Shown one piece after another: positions 10,626 to 22,557 of a stretch of 64,000 bases of DNA. The DNA comes from Squalus acanthias (taxonomy: Eukaryota): assembly GCA_030390025.1 (NCBI GenBank), contig CM059438.1:86800001-86864000 (forward strand), written 5' to 3'. Under the pieces are notes generated by a model. It was not told the origin of the DNA and made no database searches. It worked only from the letters and a program-made list of their open reading frames with translations. Numbering within the stretch: position 1 is the stretch's first letter; each line of letters begins with the position of its first letter. The translations under genes and the position numbers were made by a program.

Positions 10626-12234
10626 AGCAAAATTAATGGGACTAAAAGTCGATAAATCCCAAGGACCGGATAACCTACATCCTAGGGTTTTGAAAGAGGT
10701 GGCCATTGGGATAGTGGACGCATTGGTTGTCATCTTCCAAAATTCTATAGATTCTGGAATGGTTCCTGCAGATTGGAGGATAGCAAATGTAACCCTGTTA
10801 TTTAAGAAAGGAGGGAGAGAAAAAACGGGGAACTACAGACCTGTTAGCCTCACATCAGTAGTTGGGAAAATGCTGGAATCTATTATAAAGGATGCACTAA
10901 CTGGGCACTTAGAAACTAATAGTAAGATTGGGCAGAGTCAACATGGATTTATGAAAGGGAAATCCTGTTTGACAAACCTATTGGAGTTCTTTGAGGATGT
11001 AACTAGTGGAGTAGACAAAGGGGAACCGGTCGATGTGGTGTATCTGGATTTTCAGAAGGCCTTCGATAAGGTCCCACACAAGAGGTTGGTGAACAAAATT
11101 AGGGCACATGGAATTGGGAGTAATATACTAGCATGGATTGAAAATTGGTTAACAGACAGAAAACAAAGAGTAGGGATAAACGGGTCTTTTTCAGGATGGC
11201 AGGCTGTGACTAGTGGGGTACCGCACGGATCGGTGCTTGGGCCCCAGCTATTCACAATCTATATCAATGATTTGGATGAGGGGACTAAATGTAACATTTC
11301 CAAATTTGCTGATGATACAAAGCTAGGTGGCAGTGTCAGTTGCGAAGAGGATGTGAAGAGGCTTCAAAGGGATCTCGACAGGCTTAGTGAGTGGGCGAGA
11401 ACATGGCAGATGGAATATAATGTGGATAAATGTGAAGTTATCCACTTTGGTAGAAAAAACAGAAAGGCAGAGTATTTCCTAAATGGTGAAAGATTGGGGA
11501 ATGCAGATGCTCAAAGGGACCTGGGTGTCCTTGTACATGAGTCACTGAAAGTGAATGTGCAGGTGCAGCAAGCCATTAGGAAGGCAAATGATATGCTGGC
11601 CTTCATTACAAGAGGATTTGAGTACAGGAGTAAAGAAGTCTTACTCCAATTATATAGGGCCTTGGTGAGACCACACCTGGAGTACTGTGTACAATTTTGA
11701 TCTCCATACCTAGGGAAGGATATACTTGCCATAGAGGGAGTGCAACGAAGGTTCACGAGATTGATTCCTGGGATGGCGGGACTGTCGTATGAGAAGAGAT
11801 TGAGTAAACTAGGCCTGTATTCTCTTGAATTCAGAAGAATGAGAGGGGATCTCATTGAAGCATACAAAATTATTACAGGGCTTGATAGGATGGATGCTGG
11901 GAGAATGTTTCCCTTGGCTGGAGAGTCTAGAACCAGGGGCCACAGCCTCAGGATAAAGGGTAGGCCATTCAGGACTGAGATGAGAAGAAATTTCTTCACA
12001 CAGAGGGTGGTGAATCTTTGGAATTCTCTACCCCAGAGGGCTGTGGAGGCTCAGTCATTGGGTATATTCAAATCAGAAGTCGATAGATTTCTGACTAGTA
12101 AGGCCATCAAGGAATATGGCGATAGGGCCGGTGAATGGAGTTGAGGCAGAAGATCAGCCATGATCTCATTGAATGGCGGAGCAGGCTCGAAGGGCCGAAT
12201 GGCCTACTCCTGCTCCTATTTCTTATGTTCTTAC
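10626..12234 (+). mobile_element. CR1 LINE, 5'-truncated; RT with one nonsense codon at 11698-11700
   Basis: ORFs 10636..11700 and 11740..12144 in the same frame (YRPVSLTS, YLDFQKAFDKV, SGVPHGSVLGP, FADD); CR1 3' tail; possible TSD GACTG. Confidence 0.93.
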
Positions 12235-12252
12235 GACTGCCACTATACTCAC

Positions 12253-12434
12253 TGTTCTTTAGCCCGATTATTTATTATGACCGAAATGACGTAATTTTTC
12301 TCAACGATCTCATCCAGACGAAAAATCCCACTGGATCCAAAGAGATTTTGTCGTGATTTCTCTGTGGCTGCTTCCAGTTGTTCTTCAGATAAAGCTGTGG
12401 GAAACACGTCAATTTCTGACATGAAGTTTTCAAT
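12253..12434 (-). CDS. TTC16: TTC16 coding exon 2
   Basis: Acceptor CTCATTCCACAG, donor CA|GTGAGT, 182 nt open, phase 0 to 2; IENFMSEIDVFPTALSEEQLEAATEKSRQNLFGSSGIFRLDEIVEKNYVISVIINNRAKE (QNLFGSSGIF resembles recalled human QHIFGTSHVF). Confidence 0.8.
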
Positions 12435-12619
12435 CTGTGGAATGAGAACATTTAATTGTCAAGAGACTTGGGCCAGCCTAGTTAAATAGAACATGGAACG
12501 GGTCCGATTGTATCAGTCTTTGATTATTGAAACAATCGATGAGATATTTGGGCACACAGTGCATTTGCACACAATACAAGTAAAGGGCTCTCCGACAGTC
12601 GCTCATTGTGTCGAAGGCT

Positions 12620-12930
12620 GCTAAGCCATACAGACCAGGGCAATCTCAGGATTGATCACTGATCTTCGCTGAGTTATCTGATCTAATGGACTATTACAAT
12701 TGGCTTCAGTGTCCCTGCCGCTAGGAGAGGGGAAAGATAAAATCAGCCAGGGCTTCTGCTCCTCATCACTTTCCAGTGAATGTGCTTGGAAAGTGTGTCT
12801 GTGAAGAAGTAAGCACACATTTACAGTCAGTTGTGATGCTGCCTACAGGTAGAAAGCTTGTCGAAACTCATTGTCCAGACTCGCATGAAAATGGCAACTT
12901 AGCAACATACTGGCACCCACAAAACATTAC
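12620..12930 (+). repeat. Ancient SINE-like dispersed repeat
   Basis: Shares the AAAATCAGCCA-GG-TTC core with 26020-26410 and, more weakly and reversed, 48350-48700. Confidence 0.45.
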
Positions 12931-13194
12931 CACATTGCCAATCATAGCTGTTGCTTCCTCCAGGAGAGATGGAAAATGAAAGTGAATGGTATCCCTGGGT
13001 TGCTGTTAAATGCTTCCTTGCAGTTGGTTCAGGAAAGGCATGAGTGAAGGCCTAAAAGCAGGTTATCTACTGCCTCTGACCTACAGGTGGTGCACACCAC
13101 AGGTAAAAATTCAGGGGATGCACACCTTCACAAATATAATCATATTAGGAAAACAATTAGATCCCCGTGACATTGCTCATAGAGAGTCAAAAGA

Positions 13195-13672
13195 TAGGAA
13201 CATAGGAAGATAGAACAGGAGTTGGCCATTCAGCCCATTGAGCCTGTTTTGCCATTCAATTAGATCATGGCTGATTTGTACCTCATCTCCTCTTTGTTCC
13301 ATATCTCTTGATACCCTTACATAATAAAAATCGATCGATCTTAATCTTGAAAGTTTCAGTTGACCCCCAGCATCCACAACCTTGAGATTTCCACTACCCT
13401 TTGTGTGAAAAGGTGTTTCCTGATTTCATTCCCAAATGGCCGAGCTCTAATTTTAAGATTATGCCCCCTTGTTCCGGATTACCCTACCAGAGGAAATAGT
13501 CTCTTTGTATCTACCCTATTAAATCCCTTTACCATTTTAAAGACCTCGATTAGATGACCCCTCAACCGTCTAAACTCAAGGGAATACAAACCGAGTTTAT
13601 GCAACCTGTCCTCGTAATTTAACCCTTTAAGATCTGGTATCATTCTGCTGAATCTGTGCTGTACCCCCTCTA
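13195..13672 (-). mobile_element. CR1 LINE 3' fragment
   Basis: Reverse complement of a CR1 3' end and tail (ATCAGCCATGATCT..ATTGAATGGC). Confidence 0.8.
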
Positions 13673-13974
13673 AAGTGTGACGGCTAAGATCTGAGGAATT
13701 AAGTGTGATGCTTACAGTATTGTGTGCTGTATGAAAAACTTTTAATGCATTATAGATTAGTTGCTGAGCTAAATGGACTTATTCGTAGATCTATTACAAT
13801 CAAGTGACTGTACAAAATCTCAGACTGTACACAAACTCTCAGGCATATGTAGGGTTCGCAATAATTTCTGTCTAGATCAGAAACAGTGATGAACCAAGTA
13901 TAATTGAAGAGTGGTTGTTTAACTAATTTCAGGCAGCTGCAAGTCATACATCAGGTCAGTGATTCAAACTTTAA

Positions 13975-14640
13975 GGGCTGGATTTTGCCAGCCAGGTAGT
14001 TAACAGGCAGATAAGAGGATTATCCCCATTTTGCCCACACACGTGCGGGCTTCCCGAAGGCTCCGAAACCCGCCAGGGTCACCGAGGCGAGTAGTGGGTC
14101 TGCGGGGGTCAGATGGGTCCAAAAGTGCACTGTGAAAGTGAGCGATGGGTGCAAGTGTGGAGATGTGAGTATCTGAGGTAAGTGCAAAGTGTTAGAAAAA
14201 GTGTACTTACCTTTGTTTCTTCCTGCAGGCTTCAATCGGTGGGTATGCGGAGAGTCTCGCATCTCCACGGTAGAGATGACAGATGGTCGTTGCATTCTCC
14301 AATGCAACAACCATCTAATTTCTACAAAAGAAAGAGGTTTGATGAGTCTTGAATACAAGAACTCATCAAACTACAGAGAATGTCAGTGTTTGACAGCTTC
14401 ACAGAGCTGTCAAACGATGACAATTCATCTGTCAAAAATTTTTGACAGATGAAACATCATACGCTGACGTTCTCTGTAACCGGCTTCCCCTTAATTGGCC
14501 TGCTAAGCCCACTAGGCGGGCTTAGCAAGGTCAATCAAAGGAAAATATCGTGGGTTGGCCAGAAGTCAATGGAGGCGGGACTAAAACCCGACAAGTGGGA
14601 GTCCCGCCTCCAAAAGCTCCCCATTGGCAAAATCCAGCCC
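13975..14640. mobile_element. Non-autonomous Harbinger-type MITE, family B, copy 2 (inverted relative to copy 1)
   Basis: Perfect 16-bp TIR GGGCTGGATTTTGCCA; perfect TAA TSD at 13972-13974 and 14641-14643. Confidence 0.92.
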
Positions 14641-14753
14641 TAAGAGTGACCATCTTGTGGAGCTAATCACTGTTGTACTAATTGGTCCATGTCCTATTAA
14701 ATAGATTATTGGGTAAAATTTAATCGCTAAACCGTTAAAAGCTTTTTTCTTAC

Positions 14754-14831
14754 CTTAACCAAGCTCTGGGACATATTTTCTTCCCTCTGTTTCTGCTCCT
14801 CAGCTTGCTCCATAGTTGTGTTAGTCTCCAT
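14754..14831 (-). CDS. TTC16: TTC16 first coding exon (exon spans 14754-14851; putative ATG at 14831)
   Basis: Acceptor CCTAAAACAG, donor AAG|GTAAGA; METNTTMEQAEEQKQREENMSQSLVK joins the next exon in phase 0. Confidence 0.7.
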
Positions 14832-15749
14832 TAGTTCTTCTGTAACTTGTCCTGTTTTAGGCAGGAGATGTGCAGGAATCAGCTACTGCTTAACACGTAA
14901 TACAATCGCAACTACTGAAAAACTGTTGTTTAAACAATAGAGTTCCAAAAAGTGCTTCCTGATTTCATTCCTAAATGGCCTAGCTCTAATTTTAAGATTA
15001 TGCCCCCTTGTTCTGGATTCCCCCACCAGAGGAAATGATCTCGCAGTGATGGAACTGATAGCTCTGTGGGCTCGGGTCTACTGAAAGAGCTCTGACCCAG
15101 AGATCCAAATTCCTATTTTTGCAAAATTCTCTTCATTGGTGCAGTCAATTACAAGATTTTATTAATTTTGTCTGTAATATTCACCCATTAGAATTCAGCA
15201 TTAGTTAGAAATTTATATTCTAAAACAAAAAATGCATTTTCACTGTAATGAAAACATTTCAAAATTAAAACTTCTGTAATTCTAACCTACAGTAAGTAGT
15301 AAGGCAGATAGTGGAAATAGAAGAAGATATGTAACATGTTAGAAAGGTTGCGGTGCACAACTAGTTTAGAAATATAACAAAATAGGTGGTCTAGTCACAA
15401 AATATTTACTCCAGTCCCCATATATGTAACAGGAATTGCTATTACGGTTGCTGCATAAACAAAACATTTTTATGTTTTCTGTTTCTATCTACTGAACATT
15501 TTGCCACCGTGGTGGGAATTAGGGCCAGCTGGGAGCTAGAATCAGCGGCTTTTAAAACTGGTCCTTCAAACCAGGTCCCAGGTGTTGCCATTGGTCCCCA
15601 AGTCAACATAACGGTAAATTCATTCGCTGCAAGTTCGAAATCTGAGAAAAATCTAACTTTTTTCGTAGATGCATTAATTACATTTTCCATTTATTTAAAA
15701 TGAGTGCAGGGTATGCTGGCATACTTTAATCAATCTATATCTAGTTTAT

Positions 15750-16106
15750 TAAAGAAAGAATGAACTTACTTTTATAACAACCTCATAACGTCCCAAAGAG
15801 CACGGTCCCACAAGCAGCAATATGAGAATCTGTTTTAGTGATATTGGTTCAGGGACTGGCCAGGACCCCCCTGCTCTTTTTCGAAATAGTGCCGCGGGAT
15901 CTTTTACATCCACGAGAGAGAGAGAGCGCAGACGGGGCTTCGGTTTAACGTCTCATCCGAAAGACGGCACCTCCGACAGTGCGGCACTACCTCAGCACTG
16001 CACTGGGAGTGTCAGCCTAGATTTTTTTGTGCTCAAGCCTCTGGAGTGGGACTGTGAACCAACAACCTTCTAACTCAGAGGCGAGAGTGCTACCCACTGA
16101 GCCACA
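15750..16106 (-). mobile_element. SacSINE1-type SINE, internally deleted
   Basis: tRNA-like head and Deu-like core on the minus strand. Confidence 0.75.
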
Positions 16107-16202
16107 TCTAGTTTATTATAGATTGAGCAAAATCTATATTTGTTTTCAATAGATCGAGCGTGGGACAAATCAATGTACTGAACGTTACTTTGTATCACCC
16201 AC

Positions 16203-16288
16203 CTCCCGCACCGCTTTGAAGTTCCGGCTGCCGCGAGGAGCCTTTGTAACGAGTTGCAGTCGCATTGTATCCACTCACTCGGCGTCTT
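16203..16288 (-). other. TTC16: Probable TTC16 exon 1 (non-coding, contains an out-of-frame upstream ATG); 5' end approximate
   Basis: CpG-rich patch ending in donor GAG|GTGGGT (16202-16197), directly downstream of an X-box. Confidence 0.55.
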
Positions 16289-16311
16289 GTTGCTATTGGT
16301 AACCAGGAAGC
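16289..16311. promoter_or_regulatory. RFX X-box with adjacent ETS-like site; candidate bidirectional promoter
   Basis: GTTGCTATTGGTAAC (16289-16303) then CAGGAAGC; outward-facing splice donors on both strands (16202 on -, 16340 on +). Confidence 0.6.
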
Positions 16312-16354
16312 GGGGAGGCCAACAGAAGCCTGTGCGGAGGTAAATGTTAATAAT

Positions 16355-16535
16355 TAAAAACCCGAGAATGTTGCAAAATACGAAGCAGCATCTGTGGGGA
16401 GAACAGACCAGTGGACACTGGGGTCCGCACCCGGACCATGCACTTGTCCTGTTCTCTCCACAGATGCTGCCTTGACCGCCTGAGTCTTTCCAGCACTTTT
16501 TTGTATTCGTTTCAGAATCTCCAATATTTTGCTTT
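16355..16535. mobile_element. Penelope pLTR fold-back stub
   Basis: Inverted arms GCAGCATCTGTGGGGAGAACAG / CTGTTCTCTCCACAGATGCTGC, related to 7085-7140. Confidence 0.6.
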
Positions 16536-16829
16536 AAATTGTTCATAATGCTGACTCCCTTTGCCATTATGGCTTGTGGTTCAATTTTTTTTAAATTGCA
16601 ATCATATTCATAACAAATCAATCAATAATTTAATGATTTCCTGTTATTTTAGATGATAATGAATGGTAAAACTAACAAAAGAGCAGAATAGCTTTAAAGA
16701 GGTTTTACTGCAGTATTTCACATGATGTGCTGAATGGTTTGTTGTTTTACAAACATAAATCACCTTTCACATTTGTGGAATAAACAAACTCAGTGATTCT
16801 TCACAGTCGCTCGTTTTTTTTCCCTGGAA

Positions 16830-17108
16830 AAAGTTGCCAATGGCGATTGGTCCGTTTAACCAGGCATACATCATCCTCCCTTTTCTGATTGGTCAGAAAC
16901 GTTATCAACCATAACGTGATCCCGCCCACCCGGCCTGCGATAAACGCGAAGCTGTGATTGGTTACACTGACCAGCCTTTTGACCAATCGTTTTGCAGGCC
17001 TGGCATCATTGTGACGCGGTATGATCGCAAAATGGGCGCTTAACTCGCGCGATGCCGCCAATTTGGGGAGGAGCGCGCAATTTTGAAAACGCACAGCAGC
17101 ATGTGAGT
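16830..17108 (+). promoter_or_regulatory. CpG-rich promoter: X-box variant, several CCAAT boxes, GC box, CDE/CHR-like tandem, followed by a splice donor
   Basis: GTTGCCAATGGCGAT 16833; CTGATTGGTCAG 16885; CCCGCCC 16921; GATTGGTT 16956; GACCAATC 16981; GCGCG-CAAT-TTTGAA 17073-17087; CAT|GTGAGT 17103. Confidence 0.6.
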
Positions 17109-17366
17109 GCATGTTGGGCAGAGTGGGATCGACCTAAAGTCCACACACTGGGCATGCCATCCGGGTTCACTCGCTTTGGATTAAAATAAAGCTTATTTTT
17201 TAATTGCATCTCACTTGGGGAAAAAATAGACATAACTTAATCCTGTAACACACCTTCCAGTTCCCAATGGCCCGAAATGCTCCCACACACCTAAATATTC
17301 CCACCCCCCAGTGCTGCCACACCACAACACCCCTTTGTCACTCCTCCCAGCCCCGGATACCCCCTT

Positions 17367-17700
17367 TCTGTCGGAGGTGCCGTCTTTCGGATGAGGTGTT
17401 AAACCGAGGCCTCGTCTGCTCTCAAGCGGACGTAAAAGATCCCATGGCACTAATTTAAAGGAGAGGAGGTGAGTTATCCCCGGTGTTCTGGCCAATATTT
17501 ATCCCTCAACTAACATCACAAAAAAACATTATCTGGTCATGATCACGTTGCTGTTTGTGGGAGCTTGCTGTGCGCAAATTGGCTGCCGCGTTACAACAGT
17601 GACTACACTTCAAAAAGTACATCATTGGCTGTAAAGCGCTTTGGGACGTCCTGAGGCCGTGAAAGGCGCTATATAAATGCAAGTGTTCCTTTCTTTCTTT
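17367..17700 (+). mobile_element. SacSINE1-type SINE, 5'-truncated
   Basis: Deu-like core and L2-like tail AAAGGCGCTATATAAATGCAAG. Confidence 0.8.
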
Positions 17701-18547
17701 TTGATCTCAAACACCAGGACAGACCTTCTCAGTGCTCCCATATCCCACAACCCTCTGCCTGGTTCTCCCAGACTTTTGCTCCCTCCAAATGTCTCCATAC
17801 TTCATGATTCCTATTCCCAAACCCCAGGACCACCTTCCCAACACACTACCAACCCACACGGCCCCAACAGTTGTTTGGGGAGATGTAGGCCTTTGTTATT
17901 ATCCAGACTACTAGATAAGAGGTTCCACTGATGCTAACATTTTCTTGTTTTTCTTTTCCCTTATGCATTATGCTTGAAGTGTGGTGGTCAGAGTCAGCCT
18001 GTGAACAAACCTTTTGTGTAGAATCTCCTCTTCAGTGCCATTGTGAGGTTCCACTTTAGTGACATCATGAATGTGGACAATGGACTGTGGGTAATCACAG
18101 GTTTAGAGTCTTATGATGCTTTCCACACACGAGCTGAGAAACCCCAGGCTTTGCTGAAGAAGTAGAGGATCATGTTTATTTTAAATATATATAAATATCT
18201 AGAATGATTTTACTGAAAGAAAGGTTCTGCGCAGAACACTTGTAGCCAGACAGCCTCTGACGAAACATTTTTAAAGCATAAAACATGGGAACAAAGAAGA
18301 ACTACGTGACGTCAGTACGAGTACAACTATTTATTTCTATTGATGCTGATTATGATAATGTGGCAATTCAGATGTGTGTAGTTCCTATTTAAATGTCGAT
18401 GACATTTAGTTATAGACAGCAGGAATCCTAGAACTTTGAAAAGGTATTTTAGAAAACCACAAAAGAAACATGAAGTGGAAAAATAATTTCGAAATTAAAA
18501 CTTTTCCTTGTATCTTACAGGCCGGTTTTCCTTCTGGTCCTGCATTT

Positions 18548-18737
18548 ATGCCTGCCAGACCAGGAGCACACTGGATGTACACAGTGTGTTTTGTTTTATT
18601 TATGCTCCGTCAATACTCTTATGCTAGTTTGGACTTTAAGTATCATCACACGTCTCCTCTGGAGTCCTTTCTTAAAGAAGTGGAAAAAAATTATTCATCT
18701 ATTACCCATGTTTACAGCATTGGAAAGTCAGTGGAAG
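18548..18737 (+). CDS. CPM: Carboxypeptidase M-like, coding exon 1 (exon starts 18521; ATG at 18548 or 18575; signal peptide)
   Basis: [18 protein letters not shown]|LDFKYHH...[17 protein letters not shown] parallels human LDFNYH...NYSSVTHLHSIGKSVKG; acceptor TTACAG; weak donor AAG|GTGGAG. Confidence 0.88.
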
Positions 18738-19178
18738 GTGGAGTATTTATAAAGATAGTGAGATGTATAAATGTATTCAATATTGTACCGTGTGACTCGG
18801 GTTTGAATGTGCAATACTAGAGACTAGTAGGTGGGTTCACACCTGAAATCTTTCACTTGTCATGTTACCATACTGGCCAATTGATAAGTGGAAAATGGGT
18901 TTTCAATACATTTACAGTAGCAAGATGGTGATGAATGATGCATTAGATAGCTCCAGATTCTTACTATAAGTAAAATATACAGTCACCAGTCATATTGTAC
19001 TTACTCAGCAGGCTATACTTAATTCAAAGGGTAAAATGCAATTTTGGATTCAAATTATAGTTATAAATCACTCAAGCTTTACTCTTGCAGTTCACAATGT
19101 CATTTAAAGTCCTCTGATCAGATCACTGCCATATAATCACTCCTCTGTTACTTGTCTATATAACTTATTGTGCATTAG

Positions 19179-19276
19179 GACGGGAACTGTGGGTTATTGC
19201 AATTGGAGAAAACCCGAAGGAACATCGCATTGGCATTCCTGAGGTTAAATACATTGGAAATATCCATGGAAATGAG
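19179..19276 (+). CDS. CPM: CPM-like coding exon 2 (HxxE zinc motif)
   Basis: [33 protein letters not shown]; 98 nt; AG/GT sites. Confidence 0.93.
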
Positions 19277-19612
19277 GTAAATTATCATTCATAATGAATG
19301 AGAGGGTATGTTTACTAACTGACGATTGATGTGCTATGGGGTTACACGAAGAATAAGATGTTATTTGTGGCCTGCAGTAACATCCTTACCTCAAAATAAT
19401 AAAGACTACTTGTGGGTACGGTGAACTCCACGTACAGTCCAAAGTCCCTGATTATCAAAAGATGCGTAAAGCTACAGCATTTCAAGCAGAAGAAGTCATG
19501 TTTGCTGTTTCTTTTATTTTAAAATAAATGGCAAGGTTCTTCGGTGCAGCAGCAAATCAGTCCACACAATAGAAATTCGCTGAATTTCATCTCTTTTATG
19601 GTAGGACTCCCT

Positions 19613-20196
19613 GGGGTCGATTTTCACTGCGTTCGCCCGTTGTTAACAGGGTGGTAAGGGCCTCAAAATTGAGTCGGTAATGTTAGAACTCCGTTAACGC
19701 CGACGTTGCGGCCGGCTCCATTTTGAAAGGGGCCTACCGCCGGATGACCAAAGCACCCGCCTGTTACATGTGATACGCCCCTTTTAAATATGGAAATCAG
19801 GATCCTATGACGTAAACAGGACTCTCATTACCATTTTAGGTTGGAACTGGTCGGAGCCGATGCTACGCGGGAATCGAAGAGGTCTAGCTAAAGCGTCGAA
19901 TTATTTTTGTGGGCCCCGGAGGAGCAGGGCCCAGAGAAATAATCAGAACGGCTGTTGCCCTGGAAACCCCCCTCCCCCCCAACTTACCTTGCTAGAGGCT
20001 GCCCTGCCCCTGCCCGATCCCGAGGCCTCAGTCTGTCGAGCTGCATCAGGACACCTGTTTGGCGGCCTGCAGCTCACCTGCCAAATTTTAAATGATGCCG
20101 GAGCCTCAAAATTGTGAGGGATTCTTTTGCTGCCGGAACGGGCAGCTGACCAGCGTATTCCTCCAGTCGCTTCCCCCAAAAGTCAAAATCAAACCT
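19613..20196. mobile_element. Degenerate non-autonomous DNA transposon (Harbinger-like MITE)
   Basis: CpG-rich island inside an intron with a 12/16 terminal inverted match, GGGGTCGATTTTCACT / AGTCAAAATCAAACCT. Confidence 0.5.
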
Positions 20197-20491
20197 CTCC
20201 TCTTTGGTGAAAACTAGGTTATGTTCTCTCCTCTACCTTCTTCCTCGCATGCCACAATGCCTCACACCATCCACACTCGAGACAAACATTTTATGTGGTA
20301 GGTGACAATATATTGGCTTGTAATACTGACCACGTTATTATATCATGTATCGTACTGACCTGATATAAAATATTTTGTTGCAGTCAAGGCCAATTGAATG
20401 GAACTCTGATTGGCTCCCAGCAGACCGACTTACAAGTAGAATTGACTATCCTTCTCCAATTTCATTGTGCCACCCTGGTTCCCATATTCGC

Positions 20492-21067
20492 TCTTGGCTT
20501 CTTGGGTTAAATTATGAGGACAGGTTGCATATACTTGACTTGTATTTCCTTGAGATTGAGGGGTGATCTAATTGAGGTGTTTAAAATGATAATTGGATTC
20601 AATATTGTAGATACAGAGAAACTGTTTCCTCTGATGGAGAATCCAGAACAAGGAAGCACAATTAGATCATGCCCGATCTGTACCTCAACTCCATTTACCC
20701 GTCTTTGCTCCAAATCCTTCGATACCATTACCTAATAAAAATCTATTGGTCCCAGTCTTGAAAATTTCAATTGACCCAAAATCCACAGTCTTTTGGAGGA
20801 GAGAGTTCCAGATTTCCATTACCCTCTGTGTGGAAAAAGTGCATCCTGATTTCCTCCTTTAAAGGGCTAGCTCTAATGTTAAGGGTATGCCCTTTTGTTC
20901 TGGATTCCCCTCCCCAGCCCAGAGGAAATAGTTTCTCTGTATCTACCCTATCGAAACCCTTTATCATTTTAGATCACTCCTGTACCTTCTAAACTCAAGG
21001 AAAAACAAACCAAGTTTATGCAACCTGCCCTCATAATGTAACCCTTTTGACTCCAGTATTATTCTGC
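20492..21067. mobile_element. Two CR1 3' fragments in opposite orientation, junction at about 20660
   Basis: RLRGDLIEVFKMI on + and MIKGFDRVDTEKLFPL on -. Confidence 0.7.
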
Positions 21068-21462
21068 TTGGTATTATGATACACCAAGTCTCATTCATGT
21101 TCTGTAAATTTCACAGATTTTGCTTTGATTTTGCAAAGTTATCAGAAATATCCAAAGCCCTATTGATCCCTATATTGCAGATTATTTTTGTACTTGGACG
21201 TGCAGCCAAGTTATACCGTTGCACCTTCTATCTCGTGTGAAATGTAGCAAATTCACTCTGAGAACAACTTACAGTAAAGAATGTAAAAATTATTTCATTT
21301 TTTTTTTGTTTGGGATGGGGGAAATTGAGGAGATGAGGCTCGGCAATCACTTACTGAAATCAAAGAAATGAGAAAGTTGCCTACGTTGAAGCTGTGCCCC
21401 ATTTCCGGAAAGCTAGAATGTTGGTTTTTTTCTAGTGCTTAATGCTACTGTGATTTGTGCAG

Positions 21463-21635
21463 CCCATTGGCAGGGAGGTTCTGCTCCATTTAATCGATTA
21501 CCTGGTTACAAGTTATGGGCACGACCAGAACATCACCAAACTGATCGGTAGCATGAGAATCCACATTCTACCCTCGATGAATCCAGATGGGTTTGAAAAT
21601 TCGATTGTTGGAAGATGCATAGGGACCCATGGACG
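21463..21635 (+). CDS. CPM: CPM-like coding exon 3
   Basis: [58 protein letters not shown]; 173 nt. Confidence 0.95.
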
Positions 21636-22557
21636 GTAAAGCTTTATTGAAAGTTCCAGCATGTATGTTTCTCCATCTTGTTTTTTTCCCCCTTTGTGAC
21701 AATAGGCCATTAGATTTTCAACTGGAGTCCTTAGACTCCAGGCTGTCAAATGGTCAACGAGGTCATTAACTATCCGTCCGTATGTCAATACGTTTTTGTT
21801 TTTTCCCCAGTATTTTTGATTCAGTAGCAGGTACTTTACTACATACTAATTAAAATTAATTTCTGCAATGATGTTATGGTTCACCTTTGATGGCCTGACA
21901 CTGTCTTTTGGAAGTGTCAATGTTTGTAGGTGACCCCCGCCCCACACAGAGTAATGTTTGAAAACCATTGCTGTATGGCTAAATGAAATAGTTAAATGGT
22001 TTTGAGAAAGATTAAAGCATCATCAGATGGAGAGATACAGGTAAGTGTACAGAGTATAACATTTAGGATTACAATCAGACCTTTTTAATTCATGTTCTGC
22101 TGGTTTGTATGCCTAGGGATCTGTTGGACCTTTTCCCCCCTCATCAACCTACACCATTGTTCATTATATGATTAATCCGTTCGCCTCTGCTTCCCAATCC
22201 AGGTTGACAGATAAATGCTAAATATCAGATTTGCATTGTTTTTGACTCTTTATTATGGAAAGTCCACTAACACTTTTCACCTGACCCAGCTGGACATCAT
22301 CACTGGATGGATGCTAACCGATTAAGTGGCAGTCCTGATCCACTGCTTAGCTGTGCAGAGTCCTGCTGTGCTGCTCCGTTGAATGAACTGCCAGTAAAAA
22401 AAAGAGCTCAGCGTTTATTTTTTAACTGTTTCTTGCTGAACAGCGCGCAATGTACAGAAATGAGCTGGTGTTACATTCAACAATGCATGCCTTGCTCTGA
22501 GTCGCCAGTGAGCTTCTCCGCTGTGTAAAATGCCAGTAAGAGATGAAGTGGTCATCG

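Noticed and set aside
9479-14643. Near-identical ORF pairs (9883..10146 with 14189..14452; 9479..9886 with 14449..14643) as duplicated genes
   Set aside because: They lie within the two MITE copies and show no recognisable domain
15442-15690. 82-aa ATG ORF as the first coding exon of TTC16
   Set aside because: No good phase-compatible donor to the 14851 exon and no recognisable homology
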